Positions 17,805-27,267 of a stretch of 32,000 nt of DNA are shown one piece after another. The position numbers and the translations under genes were made by a program. How positions within the stretch are numbered: the stretch's first letter is position 1; each line of letters opens with the position of its first letter. Under the pieces are notes generated by a model. That model made no database searches and had not been told where the DNA came from. It worked only from the letters and a program-made list of their open reading frames with translations. The DNA comes from Mycolicibacterium smegmatis (GTDB lineage Bacteria > Actinomycetota > Actinomycetes > Mycobacteriales > Mycobacteriaceae). The stretch covers positions 4,920,001 through 4,952,000 of the forward strand of contig NZ_LN831039.1 of the NCBI RefSeq assembly GCF_001457595.1, written 5' to 3'.

Positions 17805-18953
17805 CTAGCCGAGAAGTTCGACGATCGTGGCGTTGGCGGTGCCACCGCCCTCGCACATGGTCTGTAAGCCGTACTGAATCCCGTTGTCGCGCATGTGGTT
17901 GATCATGCGGGTCAGCAGCACCGCGCCGGATGCGCCCAACGGGTGCCCGAGCGCGATGGCGCCGCCGAGCGGGTTGAGCTTGGCCGGGTCGGCGCCGGTC
18001 TCGGCCTGCCATGCCAGCGGCACGGGCGCGAACGCCTCGTTGACCTCGAAGACGCCGATCTCGTCGAGCCGGACCCCGGCCTTGTGCAGCACCTTCTCGG
18101 TGGCCGGGATGGGGCCGGTGAGCATGAGCACCGGGTCGGCGCCCGCGACCGCGCCCGCGCGGTACCGCACGATGGGTGAAAGACCCATCGCGACGGCATT
18201 TTCCGCGGTCATCACCAGCAGGGCGGCCGCGCCGTCGGAGATCTGTGACGAATTGCCCGCGTGGATGACGCCGTCGTCTTTGAACGCGGGCTTGAGGTTG
18301 GCGAGTTTGTCGACCGTGGTCCCCCGGCGCACGCCCTCGTCGGCGACCACGGGGTCGCCGTCGTCGGGGAACACCGTGATCATCTGGGTCTCGAAGGCGC
18401 CGCTGTCCTGCGCGGCCGCGGCGCGTTCGTGCGACGCCACCGAGTATTCGTCGAGTTGCGTGCGGGTGAAGCCCCACTTCTGCGCGATCATCTCGGCCGA
18501 GATGCCCTGGTTGAACGAGAAGTCGCGATACCGGTCGATCACCTTGGGCCCGTATGGCATCCCGGTGGCGCGGGCGGCGCCGAGCGGTACGCGGCTCATC
18601 ACCTCGACACCACCGGCGACCACGACGTCCTGCTGGCCCGACATCACGGCCTGCACCGCGAAGTCCAGCGCCTGCTGGCTCGATCCGCAGGCCCGGTTGA
18701 CGGTGGTTCCGGGTATGTGTTCGGGCCACCCCGCGGCCAGCACCGCGAACCGGCCGATGTTGCTCGACTGGTCGCCCACCTGCGATACGCAGCCCCAGAT
18801 GACGTCGTCGATGATGTCGGGGCCGATGCCGGCCTTCTCCACGAGCGCATTGAGGACCAGTCCCGACAGATCGGCGGCATGCATGCCGGACAGGCCGCCG
18901 TTGCGCTTGCCGACGGGCGTGCGCACGGCTTCGACGATGACGGTTTCACGCAT
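17805..18953 (-). CDS. Acetyl-CoA acetyltransferase (thiolase)
   Basis: NRACGSSQQA, NEAFAPVPL, GHPLGASGA, CEGGGTANA. Confidence 0.95.
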   Translation of the reverse strand: MRETVIVEAVRTPVGKRNGGLSGMHAADLSGLVLNALVEKAGIGPDIIDDVIWGCVSQVGDQSSNIGRFAVLAAGWPEHIPGTTVNRACGSSQQALDFAVQAVMSGQQDVVVAGGVEVMSRVPLGAARATGMPYGPKVIDRYRDFSFNQGISAEMIAQKWGFTRTQLDEYSVASHERAAAAQDSGAFETQMITVFPDDGDPVVADEGVRRGTTVDKLANLKPAFKDDGVIHAGNSSQISDGAAALLVMTAENAVAMGLSPIVRYRAGAVAGADPVLMLTGPIPATEKVLHKAGVRLDEIGVFEVNEAFAPVPLAWQAETGADPAKLNPLGGAIALGHPLGASGAVLLTRMINHMRDNGIQYGLQTMCEGGGTANATIVELLG

Positions 18954-20214
18954 GGGACTGCTCCGATCTTGTTTGCATCGCGGGGCCGACCGCGCCCTGT
19001 TCGCGCAGCGAGGCGATCTCCTCGGCGGACAGGCCGATGTCGGCCAGGATGTGATCAGTGTGCTCGCCCAGGCCGGGTACCGCACCCATCGGCATCTCGT
19101 AGCCGGCGATCACGGGCGGCGGCAGCAGCGCGGCGATCTCGCCCTTGGGCGTGGCGACCTGGCGCCAGCGGTCACGGTCCTTGAGGTGCTGGTGTGCGAT
19201 GACCTCGCTGGGCCGGTTGAACCGCGAGTTGCCGATGCCCGCCTCGTCGGCGATCTGCTGGATCTCGGCGAGATCGTGCTGCGCGCACCAGGTTCCGATG
19301 GCCTCGTTGAGCACGTCGCGGTGCGCGCAGCGGTCGGAGTTGGTGGCGAAACGCGGATCGTCGGCGAGATCGGGGCGGTCGATGATCTCGCGTGCCAGCC
19401 GCTGCCACTCCCGGTCGTTGGTGGTGCCGAGGACGACGGTCTGATCGTCCCGCGTGCTGAACGCGCCGTACGGAGCGACAGCCGGCGAGCTCATGCCCAG
19501 CGGCTGCTGGTCGACGCCCGAGTGCTGCGTGTAGGTCAGTGGGTAGCCCATGATGTCGGTCATGGTGTCGAACAGGCTGACCGCGACCGCGGGCGCGGCG
19601 CCGTTCTCCGGCCGGCGCAGCCTCCCGATGAGCAGCGCCATGATCGAAAGCGCGGCATACAGGCCCGTGGAGATGTCGGCGACCGGCGGCCCCGGCTTGG
19701 CAGGCATGTCCGGGTGGCCCGTGACGGCGCACGCGCCGGACTCGGCCTGCACCAGCAGGTCGTACGCCCGTTTGTGGGACAGCGGTCCCCCGCTGCCGTA
19801 TCCGTCGATCTCGACCGGGATCACCTGCGGGTGTCGCTCGGCGAGATCGGCCGGTGCCAGGCCCATACGGGCCATCGCGCCCGGCGCGAGGTTGGACACC
19901 AGGGCATCGGCGGTGTCCAGCAGCTTGTGCAGCACGTCCATGCCGCCGGGGGTCTTGAGGTCCAGCGTGATGGACTCCTTGCCGCGGTTGGCCCAAACGA
20001 AGTGCGCGGCAAGGCCGCCGGGCCCGAGGACCACGTCGTCGTAGTCACGCGCGAAGTCCCCGCCCTTGGGGTTCTCCACCTTGATCACGCGCGCACCGAA
20101 GTCGGCGAGCACACGGGTGCACATGGGCGCCGACACCGCCTGTTCGAGCGCGACGACCGTGAACCCGGCGAGTGGCCCCGACTTCTCCGGGGTGTCCTTC
20201 GGCATACCCGTCAC
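18946..20214 (-). CDS. Class III (family III) CoA-transferase
   Basis: LEQAVSAPMCTRVLADFGARVIKVENPKGGDFAR...ANRGKESITLDLK...; 8-nt overlap with thiolase. Confidence 0.93.
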   Translation of the reverse strand: MTGMPKDTPEKSGPLAGFTVVALEQAVSAPMCTRVLADFGARVIKVENPKGGDFARDYDDVVLGPGGLAAHFVWANRGKESITLDLKTPGGMDVLHKLLDTADALVSNLAPGAMARMGLAPADLAERHPQVIPVEIDGYGSGGPLSHKRAYDLLVQAESGACAVTGHPDMPAKPGPPVADISTGLYAALSIMALLIGRLRRPENGAAPAVAVSLFDTMTDIMGYPLTYTQHSGVDQQPLGMSSPAVAPYGAFSTRDDQTVVLGTTNDREWQRLAREIIDRPDLADDPRFATNSDRCAHRDVLNEAIGTWCAQHDLAEIQQIADEAGIGNSRFNRPSEVIAHQHLKDRDRWRQVATPKGEIAALLPPPVIAGYEMPMGAVPGLGEHTDHILADIGLSAEEIASLREQGAVGPAMQTRSEQSHA

Positions 20215-20969
20215 ATAACCATGCCGCCGTCGACCGGCAGTACCTGGCCGGTGATGTACGACGCGGCATCCGACGCCAGGAACACGAACGCCCCGGCCAC
20301 CTCCTCGGCGTCGGCCCAGCGCTTGAGCAGGATGCGGTTCATCATGTTGGCCGCGAACTTCTCGTTGGTGCGGATGGTCTCGGTCATGGGTGTCGCGGCC
20401 AGCGGCGCCAGCGCGTTGACCATGATGTTCCTGGGCGCCAGTTCACGTGCGAGCGATTTGGTGAAGCCGATGAGGCCGGCCTTGGCCGCCGAGTAGTTGA
20501 CCTGCCCCAGCGTGCCGGTGATGCCCGCCGACGACGTGACGTTGATGATGCGCCCGGTGCCGTCGGTGGCCAGGTGCGGCAGCGCGGACTGCGTGACGTG
20601 GAACGAGCCCATGACGTGGACGTCGAACGTCCGCCGGAACGTCTCGTCGGTGAGTTTGGGGAACATCGCCGGTGCGGTGACGCCTGCGTTGTTCACCAGG
20701 ATGTGCAGCGTGCCCTGCCCCAGGGCGGCGGCGCGTTCGGCGGCCGCGACCGCGGCGTCGCGGTCGCCGACGTCGAGCGCTGCGCTGTCGGCCTTGCCGC
20801 CTGCGGCATTTATCCGCTCGGCCACGGTGCGGGCGGCCTCACCGTCGATGTCGGTCACGAGCACCGCCGCACCCGCGGCGGCCAGGGCCTCGGACACCGC
20901 GGCGCCGATGCCGCAACCGGCACCGGTCACCAGCGCCGAACGTCCGGTGAGGTCGAAATAGGTTCTCAT
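20211..20969 (-). CDS. Short-chain dehydrogenase/reductase
   Basis: ALVTGAGCGIG, NNAGV, YSAAK, PVDGGMVM. Confidence 0.94.
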   Translation of the reverse strand: MRTYFDLTGRSALVTGAGCGIGAAVSEALAAAGAAVLVTDIDGEAARTVAERINAAGGKADSAALDVGDRDAAVAAAERAAALGQGTLHILVNNAGVTAPAMFPKLTDETFRRTFDVHVMGSFHVTQSALPHLATDGTGRIINVTSSAGITGTLGQVNYSAAKAGLIGFTKSLARELAPRNIMVNALAPLAATPMTETIRTNEKFAANMMNRILLKRWADAEEVAGAFVFLASDAASYITGQVLPVDGGMVM

Positions 20970-20985
20970 CGAAGCGAAGATCTCC

Positions 20986-22194
20986 TCAGTAGCTCTTGGG
21001 CAGACCCAGCACGTTGGCGCCGAGGAAGTTCAGGATCATCTCCTGGCTCACGGGCGCGATCTTCATGAGACGCGACTCCCGGAAGAACCGTGAGATGTTG
21101 TACTCCTCGGAATAGCCCATCCCGCCATGGGTCTGCAGAGCACGGTCGGCCGCGGCGAATCCCGCGTCGGCGCACAGGTATTTGGCCATGTTCGCCTCAC
21201 GCCCGCACGGTTTGCCGTTGTCGTAGAGCCACGTGGCCTTGCGCAGGACGAGTTCGGCGGCGTCGAGGCGCGCGAGCGAATCGGCAAGGGGGAACTGAAT
21301 TCCCTGGTTCATGCCGATGGGACGGTCGAACACGACACGATCGTTGGCGTACTTCACCGCACGGTCGAGCGCGACCCGGCCGATACCGAGTGCCTCGGCC
21401 GCGATCAGCATGCGCTCGGGGTTGAGTCCGTGCAGGATGTAGCCGAACCCCTTGCCCTCCTCGCCGATCCGGTGTTCGACAGGAACCCGCAGATCGTCGA
21501 TGAACAACTCGTTGGAGCTCACGGCGTTGCGGCCCATCTTGTTGATGGGCCGGATGTCGACGTGGTCGCGGTCGAGATCGGTGAGGAACAGCGACAACCC
21601 TTCGGTGGGCTTGCCGCCCCGCTTCTCGACGTCCTCGCGGCTCTCGGTGCGCGTCAGCAGCAGGATCTTCTCGGATTCGAGGGCCTTGGAGATCCACACC
21701 TTGCGGCCGTTGATCACATAATCCGCGTCGGGGTGGTCGCCGTCACGCCGCGCGAACGTGGTGATACGTGAGGTGTCCAGGCCGGCACCGGGTTCGGTGA
21801 CGCCGAAGCACACGTGCAGATCACCGTCGACGATCCGCGGCAGGGTCTCGGCCTTCATCTCGTCGGACCCGTAGACCACCACCGGTTGCATGCCGAAGAT
21901 CGACATGTGGATCGCGCTCGCGGCGTTCATGCCACCTCCGGACCGTGCCACCTCCTCGGCGAGAATCGTCGCCTCGGTGATGCCGAGACCGTGCCCGCCG
22001 TACTGCTCGGGGATGGTCATCCCGAGCCAGCCGCCGCCGGCGATGGCGTCGTAGAACTCCTGTGGGAACTCGTGCGCCTGATCCTTCGTCATCCAGTAGT
22101 GGTCGTCGAACTTGGCCGCCAGTTCCGCAACGGAACTGCGGATCAGTTGCTGATCCTCGGTGAGCTCGAAGTTCATCCCGCCCGACACGTACAT
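20986..22194 (-). CDS. Acyl-CoA dehydrogenase
   Basis: MNFELTEDQQLIRSSVAELAAKF..., FGVTEPGAGLDTS, QTHGGMGYSEEY; start with AGGAG upstream (alternative start 22176). Confidence 0.94.
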   Translation of the reverse strand: MYVSGGMNFELTEDQQLIRSSVAELAAKFDDHYWMTKDQAHEFPQEFYDAIAGGGWLGMTIPEQYGGHGLGITEATILAEEVARSGGGMNAASAIHMSIFGMQPVVVYGSDEMKAETLPRIVDGDLHVCFGVTEPGAGLDTSRITTFARRDGDHPDADYVINGRKVWISKALESEKILLLTRTESREDVEKRGGKPTEGLSLFLTDLDRDHVDIRPINKMGRNAVSSNELFIDDLRVPVEHRIGEEGKGFGYILHGLNPERMLIAAEALGIGRVALDRAVKYANDRVVFDRPIGMNQGIQFPLADSLARLDAAELVLRKATWLYDNGKPCGREANMAKYLCADAGFAAADRALQTHGGMGYSEEYNISRFFRESRLMKIAPVSQEMILNFLGANVLGLPKSY

Positions 22195-22217
22195 GTGCTC
22201 CTGGTTCTCTTGTCGAT

Positions 22218-23513
22218 TCAGTCCCGTGCGCCCGAGACCGCTTTGGCGTTGGTCTGGAAGTCGGCGAAGCTGGCGCCGGTCTTGTCCTTCTTGCTGAGCG
22301 CCCGGATCGAGACGTCGTGGCCCTCGGCGGCTTTGCGCAGCGCACCGACGTTGGCCTGCTCCTTGGGCACGTGGGCGAACGGGTCGAAGTGGTAGAGCCG
22401 CATGGCGTTCTCGTGGGTGATCTTGTTGATCTCGTCGTCGGGCACGTCGTAGGTGTCGAACACCGCCGACAGTTCCTCGGGCGCGCCCGGCCACATGGAA
22501 TCGCTGTGCGGGTAGTCCATTTCCCAGCAGATGTTGTCGATGCCGATCATGTGGCGGTTCTTCACCCCGACCGGGTCGGAGATGAAGCACGTCATGAAGT
22601 GCTCGCGGAACACCTCGCTGGGCAGCTTGCCGCCGAAGTTCTGGTGGGTCCACGTCGAGTGCATCTCGAAGGTGCGGTCCACGCGGTCCAGGAAGTACGG
22701 GATCCACCCGGTGCCGCCCTCGGACAGTGCGATCTTCAGCGTCGGGAACTCCTTGATGGGCGCCGACCACAGCAGGTCGGCCGCGGCCTGCACGATGTTC
22801 ATGGGCTGCAGCGTGATCATGACGTCCATCGGCGCGTCGGGTGCGGTGATCGCCAGCTTGCCCGACGACCCGATGTGCACGTTCATCACGGTCTCGGTGT
22901 CCACGAGCGCCTGCCACAACGGGCGCCAGTACTCCAGGTCGTGGAACGACGGATAACCCAGCGTCGAGGGATTCTCGGTGAAAGTCAGTGAGTGCACACC
23001 TTTTTCGGCCACCCGGCGCACCTCGGCGGCGGCCAATCCAGGATTCCAGATCGCCGGGATCGCCATCGGGATGAACCGGCCCGGATTCGAGGCGCACCAC
23101 TCGTCGATGTGCCAGTCGTTGTACGCCTGGACCAGGGCCAGCGAGAACTCCTCGTCGTCGGTGGCGAACAGGCGCGCGGCGAAACCGGGGAACGACGGGA
23201 AGTTCATGGTCGCCAGCACGCCACCGGCGTTCATGTCCTTGACCCGCTCGTTCGGGTCGTAGCAGCCCTTGCGGATCTCGTCGAGGCCCTGCGGTTCGAG
23301 GCCGTACTCCTCCTTCGGCCGGCCCGCGACGGCGTTGAGCGCGACGTTGGGGATCACGGTGTCGCGGAACTGCCAGGTATCCGAGCCGTCGGGGTTGTGT
23401 ACCAACCGCGGTGCCTCGTCGCGGTACTTGGCGGGCAGATGATTCTTGAACATGTCCGGTGGCTCGATGATGTGGTCGTCCACGCTGATGAGGATCATGT
23501 CGTCTTTGTTCAT
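22218..23513 (-). CDS. Amidohydrolase (amidohydrolase_2/ACMSD-like) family protein
   Basis: MNKDDMILISVDDHIIEPPDMF..., HIGSSG, SEGGTGWIPYFLDR, MDYPHSDS. Confidence 0.9.
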   Translation of the reverse strand: MNKDDMILISVDDHIIEPPDMFKNHLPAKYRDEAPRLVHNPDGSDTWQFRDTVIPNVALNAVAGRPKEEYGLEPQGLDEIRKGCYDPNERVKDMNAGGVLATMNFPSFPGFAARLFATDDEEFSLALVQAYNDWHIDEWCASNPGRFIPMAIPAIWNPGLAAAEVRRVAEKGVHSLTFTENPSTLGYPSFHDLEYWRPLWQALVDTETVMNVHIGSSGKLAITAPDAPMDVMITLQPMNIVQAAADLLWSAPIKEFPTLKIALSEGGTGWIPYFLDRVDRTFEMHSTWTHQNFGGKLPSEVFREHFMTCFISDPVGVKNRHMIGIDNICWEMDYPHSDSMWPGAPEELSAVFDTYDVPDDEINKITHENAMRLYHFDPFAHVPKEQANVGALRKAAEGHDVSIRALSKKDKTGASFADFQTNAKAVSGARD

Positions 23514-23610
23514 GACTGCTCTCCGTTCCGGCGAAGGGTTGCGGACTTCGACCATGCGGCACGGCGCACCGCACACGCTTCTCTCTGTCAGGAAACTATC
23601 TTCTCCATAG

Positions 23611-23629
23611 ACGAGAATCAATGTCTGAT
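23611..23629. promoter_or_regulatory. Degenerate copy of shared motif: ACGAGAATCAATGTCTGAT
   Basis: Left half GAGAAT intact, right half diverged; in divergent promoter region. Confidence 0.3.
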
Positions 23630-23721
23630 GTCGCTGACGAGCATCTTCAGCCTGGTCACGCGCACACGCGAGCAGTTGCCATTGACCATCGGCCGAAAAG
23701 ATGGAAACCTGTTAGTCGTAA

Positions 23722-23740
23722 ATGAGAACCTGATTCTCAT
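23722..23740. promoter_or_regulatory. Shared palindromic motif: ATGAGAACCTGATTCTCAT
   Basis: ATGAGAA-N5-TTCTCAT, 7-bp arms, 54 bp upstream of CMD gene, divergent from amidohydrolase. Confidence 0.7.
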
Positions 23741-23794
23741 GGACGAGAGTTGAAGCTGACAGCAGCAGCGTGAGCGCCGAGAGGAGAGCCGTCC

Positions 23795-24325
23795 GTGCGC
23801 CTGACCCCATTGCCCGCCGACGAGTGGGACGACGAGGTACGACTGGCGCTGTCGGTGATGCTGCCCGAGGAGCGACTGAACCCCGAGGGCGCGGGCACCG
23901 CGTTGTCCACGCTGGCCCGCCATCCGCGGCTCACCAAGGCGTTCCTGCGGTTCAGCAACCACCTGCTGTTCCGCTCCACCCTCGACCCACGCCTGCGCGA
24001 GCTCGCGATCCTGCGTATCGCGCGCAGGCGCAACTGCGAGTACGAGTGGGCCCACCACGCGTTCATCGGCAAGGCCGAGGGCCTCACCGACGACGACATC
24101 GACGGCATCGGCCGTGGCGTGGTGTCCGACCCCTTCGACCAGGTCGTGATCGACGCCGTCGACGAACTCGACGAACTGTCCACGATCTCGGACCCCACGT
24201 GGGCCGCGCTCGGCGAGAAACTCGACGACCGCCAGCGCATGGACCTGGTCTTCACCGTCGGCGGCTACGGCCTCATGGCCATGGCCTACAACACCTTTGG
24301 CATCGAACCGGAATCCGGCCACTGA
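23795..24325 (+). CDS. Carboxymuconolactone decarboxylase/AhpD-like family protein
   Basis: GTG start; LDPRLRELAILRIARRRNCEYEWAHHAFIGKAEGL. Confidence 0.88.
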   Translation: MRLTPLPADEWDDEVRLALSVMLPEERLNPEGAGTALSTLARHPRLTKAFLRFSNHLLFRSTLDPRLRELAILRIARRRNCEYEWAHHAFIGKAEGLTDDDIDGIGRGVVSDPFDQVVIDAVDELDELSTISDPTWAALGEKLDDRQRMDLVFTVGGYGLMAMAYNTFGIEPESGH

Positions 24326-24360
24326 GCCCTGAACGGCTCGACAGAGAAAGTAGGTAGAAA

Positions 24361-25704
24361 GTGGCGCATTTCCCGAAACCAGCTGTCGGCAGCTGGACCG
24401 AGAACTGGCCCGAACTGGGCACCGCCCCTGTGGATTACACCGACTCCATCGACCCGGAGCAGTGGAAACTGGAGCAGCAGGCCATCTTCCGCAGGACCTG
24501 GCTGCATGTGGGTCGTGTGGAGCGCCTGCCCAAGACCGGGAGCTACTTCACCCGCGAGATGCCATCGGTGGGCAAGGGCACGTCGATCATCGTCGTCAAG
24601 GACAAAGACGGTGCCGTGCGGGCGTTCTACAACATGTGCCGGCACCGCGGCAACAAGCTCGTGTGGAACGACTACCCCGGCGAAGAGGTCTCCGGTACGT
24701 GCAGGCAGTTCACGTGCAAGTACCACGCGTGGCGCTACGCGCTCAACGGTGACCTGACGTTCATCCAGCAGGAGGACGAGTTCTTCGACGTCGACAAGGC
24801 CGACTACCCGCTCAAGCCCGTGCGGTGCGAGATCTGGGAAGGGTTCATCTTCGTCAACTTCGACGACGACGCCATGCCGCTCGAGGAGTACCTCGGCGAG
24901 TTCGGGCAGGGCCTCAAAGGTTATCCGTTCCACGAGATGACCGAGGTGTACAGCTACCGCGCCGAGATCAACTCGAACTGGAAGCTCTTCATCGACGCGT
25001 TCGTCGAGTTCTACCACGCCCCGATCCTGCACATGAAGCAGGCGACGCCCGAAGAGGCCGCCAAGCTGGCCAAGATCGGCTTCGAGGCGCTGCACTACGA
25101 CATCAAGGGCGACCACTCGATGATCTCGTCCTGGGGCGGCATGAGCCCGCCGAAGGACCTCAACATGGTCAAGCCGATCGAGCGCATCCTGCACAGCGGT
25201 CTGTTCGGCCCGTGGGACCGTCCCGACATCAAGGGCATCCTGCCCGACGAGTTGCCGCCCGCGGTCAACCCGGCCCGTCAGCCCACGTGGGGCCAGGACA
25301 GCTTCGAGTTCTTCCCCAACTTCACTCTGCTGCTGTGGGTTCCGGGCTGGTATCTGACCTACAACTACTGGCCGACCGACGTCGACAAGCACATCTTCGA
25401 GTGCAACCTGTACTTCGTCCCGCCGAAGAACACCCGTCAGCGGCTCGCGCAGGAACTCGCGGCCGTGACGTTCAAGGAGTACGCGCTGCAGGACGCAAAC
25501 ACGCTGGAGGCCACGCAGACGCAGATCAACACGCGCGCGGTGACCGAGTTCCCGCTGTGCGACCAGGAGGTGCTGCTGCGCCACCTGCACCACACGGCGC
25601 ACAAGTACGTCGATGCCTACAAGGCCGAACTGGCGGAGAAAACCCAGAAGGCCGAGTCCAACGGGTCGGCCGTCACGAGCGAGAAGGACGCCGCGCATGT
25701 CTGA
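24361..25704 (+). CDS. Rieske non-heme iron oxygenase, alpha subunit-type
   Basis: CRHRGN...CKYHAW Rieske ligands; NWKLFIDAFVEFYHAPILH mononuclear iron site. Confidence 0.93.
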   Translation: MAHFPKPAVGSWTENWPELGTAPVDYTDSIDPEQWKLEQQAIFRRTWLHVGRVERLPKTGSYFTREMPSVGKGTSIIVVKDKDGAVRAFYNMCRHRGNKLVWNDYPGEEVSGTCRQFTCKYHAWRYALNGDLTFIQQEDEFFDVDKADYPLKPVRCEIWEGFIFVNFDDDAMPLEEYLGEFGQGLKGYPFHEMTEVYSYRAEINSNWKLFIDAFVEFYHAPILHMKQATPEEAAKLAKIGFEALHYDIKGDHSMISSWGGMSPPKDLNMVKPIERILHSGLFGPWDRPDIKGILPDELPPAVNPARQPTWGQDSFEFFPNFTLLLWVPGWYLTYNYWPTDVDKHIFECNLYFVPPKNTRQRLAQELAAVTFKEYALQDANTLEATQTQINTRAVTEFPLCDQEVLLRHLHHTAHKYVDAYKAELAEKTQKAESNGSAVTSEKDAAHV

Positions 25705-26044
25705 CACCACCACAGAACGCCTGCTGCCCGAGGAGTTCGCCTACCTCGAGCGGTTCTCCGACTGGATCCTGCCGACCGAACCCGAGCGCTACGCCAAGCG
25801 GCTGTCGTCGTCGATGGAGGAGATGCAGGAGCTCTACGACGTCGGGATGGCCCGCCTCGAGGAGGTCATGACCTACCTCGACGCGCGATTCCCGTTGCAC
25901 GGCATGCCCGATGACGCCAAGCGCCTCATGCACCTCATGCAGTCGGTGGTGATGGTGAGCTTCCCGGTCGAGGTGTGGAAGCAGCCGCGTGTCCTCGACA
26001 GCGGGGCCGCGTGGGTCGAGATCGTCAGGGAGCCGGTGGTGTAA
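25697..26044 (+). CDS. Small (115 aa) uncharacterised protein coupled to Rieske oxygenase
   Basis: MSDTTTERLLPEEFAYLERFSDWILPTEPERYAKRL...; 8-nt overlap with oxygenase, followed 2 nt later by amidohydrolase. Confidence 0.75.
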   Translation: MSDTTTERLLPEEFAYLERFSDWILPTEPERYAKRLSSSMEEMQELYDVGMARLEEVMTYLDARFPLHGMPDDAKRLMHLMQSVVMVSFPVEVWKQPRVLDSGAAWVEIVREPVV

Positions 26045-26046
26045 GG

Positions 26047-27267
26047 GTGCTGACCCTCAAAGCTGCGGGTCTCGTCGACGTCGACACCGGGGAACTCATC
26101 CGCCCCGGTGTCGTGCGCGTCGAGGGCGACCGCATAGTCGGCATCGGCGGCCCGGCCGAAGGCGAGGTCATCGACCTCGGGGATGCCATCCTGCTGCCCG
26201 GCCTGATGGACATGGAGGTCAACCTCCTCATGGGCGGGCGCGGTGAGAATCCCGGGCTGTCGCAGGTACAGGACGATCCCCCCACCCGTGTGCTGCGCGC
26301 CGTGGGCAACGCGCGCCGCACGCTGCGGGCCGGTTTCACCACCGTGCGCAACCTCGGCCTGTTCGTCAAGACCGGCGGTTACCTGCTGGATGTCGCGCTG
26401 GGCAAGGCGATCGACGCGGGGTGGATCGACGGACCGCGCGTGATCCCGGCAGGCCACGCGATCACCCCGACCGGTGGACACCTGGATCCCACGATGTTCG
26501 CCGCGTTCATGCCCGGCGTGCTGGAACTGACCGTCGAGGAGGGCATCGCCAACGGCGTCGACGAGATCCGCAAGGCCGTGCGCTACCAGATCAAGCACGG
26601 CGCACAGCTGATCAAGGTGTGCTGTTCGGGCGGTGTGATGTCACTGACCGGAGAGGCCGGGGCACAACACTATTCGGACGAAGAGCTGCGTGTCATCGTC
26701 GACGAGGCACACCGGCGCGGGTTGCGGGTCGCCGCACACACGCACGGCGCCGAGGCCGTCAAACACGCGATCGACTGCGGCATCGACTGCATCGAACACG
26801 GCTTCCTCATGGACGACGAGGCCATCGAGATGATGGTGGCGCACGACCGGTTCCTGGTGTCGACGCGTCGGCTCGCCGAGTACATGGACGTCTCCAAGGC
26901 GCCACCGGAGCTTCAGGCCAAGGCCGCCGAGATGTTCCCCAAGGCGCGCACGTCGATCAAGGCCGCGTACGAGGCCGGCGTCAAGATCGCTATCGGCACC
27001 GACGCCCCGGCCATCCCCCACGGCCGCAACGCCGACGAACTGGTCACGCTGGTGCAGTGGGGCCTGCCGCCTGCGGCCGTGCTGAAAGCGGCCACCGTGA
27101 CCGCGGCCGAGTTGATCAACGTGACCGACCGCGGCCGCCTCGCCGAAGGCCTGCTGGCCGACATCATCGCGGTGCCGGGCAACCCGCTGGAAGACATCAG
27201 CGTTACACAAAACGTAGACTTTGTAATGAAAGGCGGTAAGGTCTTCCGCAATGACAAAGCCAACTGA
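26047..27267 (+). CDS. Amidohydrolase-superfamily protein with non-canonical metal motif (DMEVN instead of D-x-HxH)
   Basis: GTG start; LLPGLMDMEVNLLMGG, FTTVRNLG, LIKVCCSGGV, VAAHTHGAEAVKHAIDCGIDCIEHG, GTDAP. Confidence 0.88.
   Translation: MLTLKAAGLVDVDTGELIRPGVVRVEGDRIVGIGGPAEGEVIDLGDAILLPGLMDMEVNLLMGGRGENPGLSQVQDDPPTRVLRAVGNARRTLRAGFTTVRNLGLFVKTGGYLLDVALGKAIDAGWIDGPRVIPAGHAITPTGGHLDPTMFAAFMPGVLELTVEEGIANGVDEIRKAVRYQIKHGAQLIKVCCSGGVMSLTGEAGAQHYSDEELRVIVDEAHRRGLRVAAHTHGAEAVKHAIDCGIDCIEHGFLMDDEAIEMMVAHDRFLVSTRRLAEYMDVSKAPPELQAKAAEMFPKARTSIKAAYEAGVKIAIGTDAPAIPHGRNADELVTLVQWGLPPAAVLKAATVTAAELINVTDRGRLAEGLLADIIAVPGNPLEDISVTQNVDFVMKGGKVFRNDKAN

Noticed and set aside
17884-20496. 870-aa plus-strand ORF antisense to thiolase, CoA-transferase and SDR genes
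   Set aside because: Low-complexity Ala/Arg/Gly/Pro-type translation with no domain; the opposite strand has three well-supported enzymes. This is a typical high-GC shadow ORF.
20986-23574. 862-aa frame in which the acyl-CoA dehydrogenase appears extended through the amidohydrolase region
   Set aside because: Only the C-terminal ~402 residues resemble ACAD; the upstream part is an out-of-frame reading of the amidohydrolase gene. Not a fusion.
24286-25713. 475-aa minus-strand ORF opposite the Rieske oxygenase
   Set aside because: Antisense shadow of a confidently identified gene.
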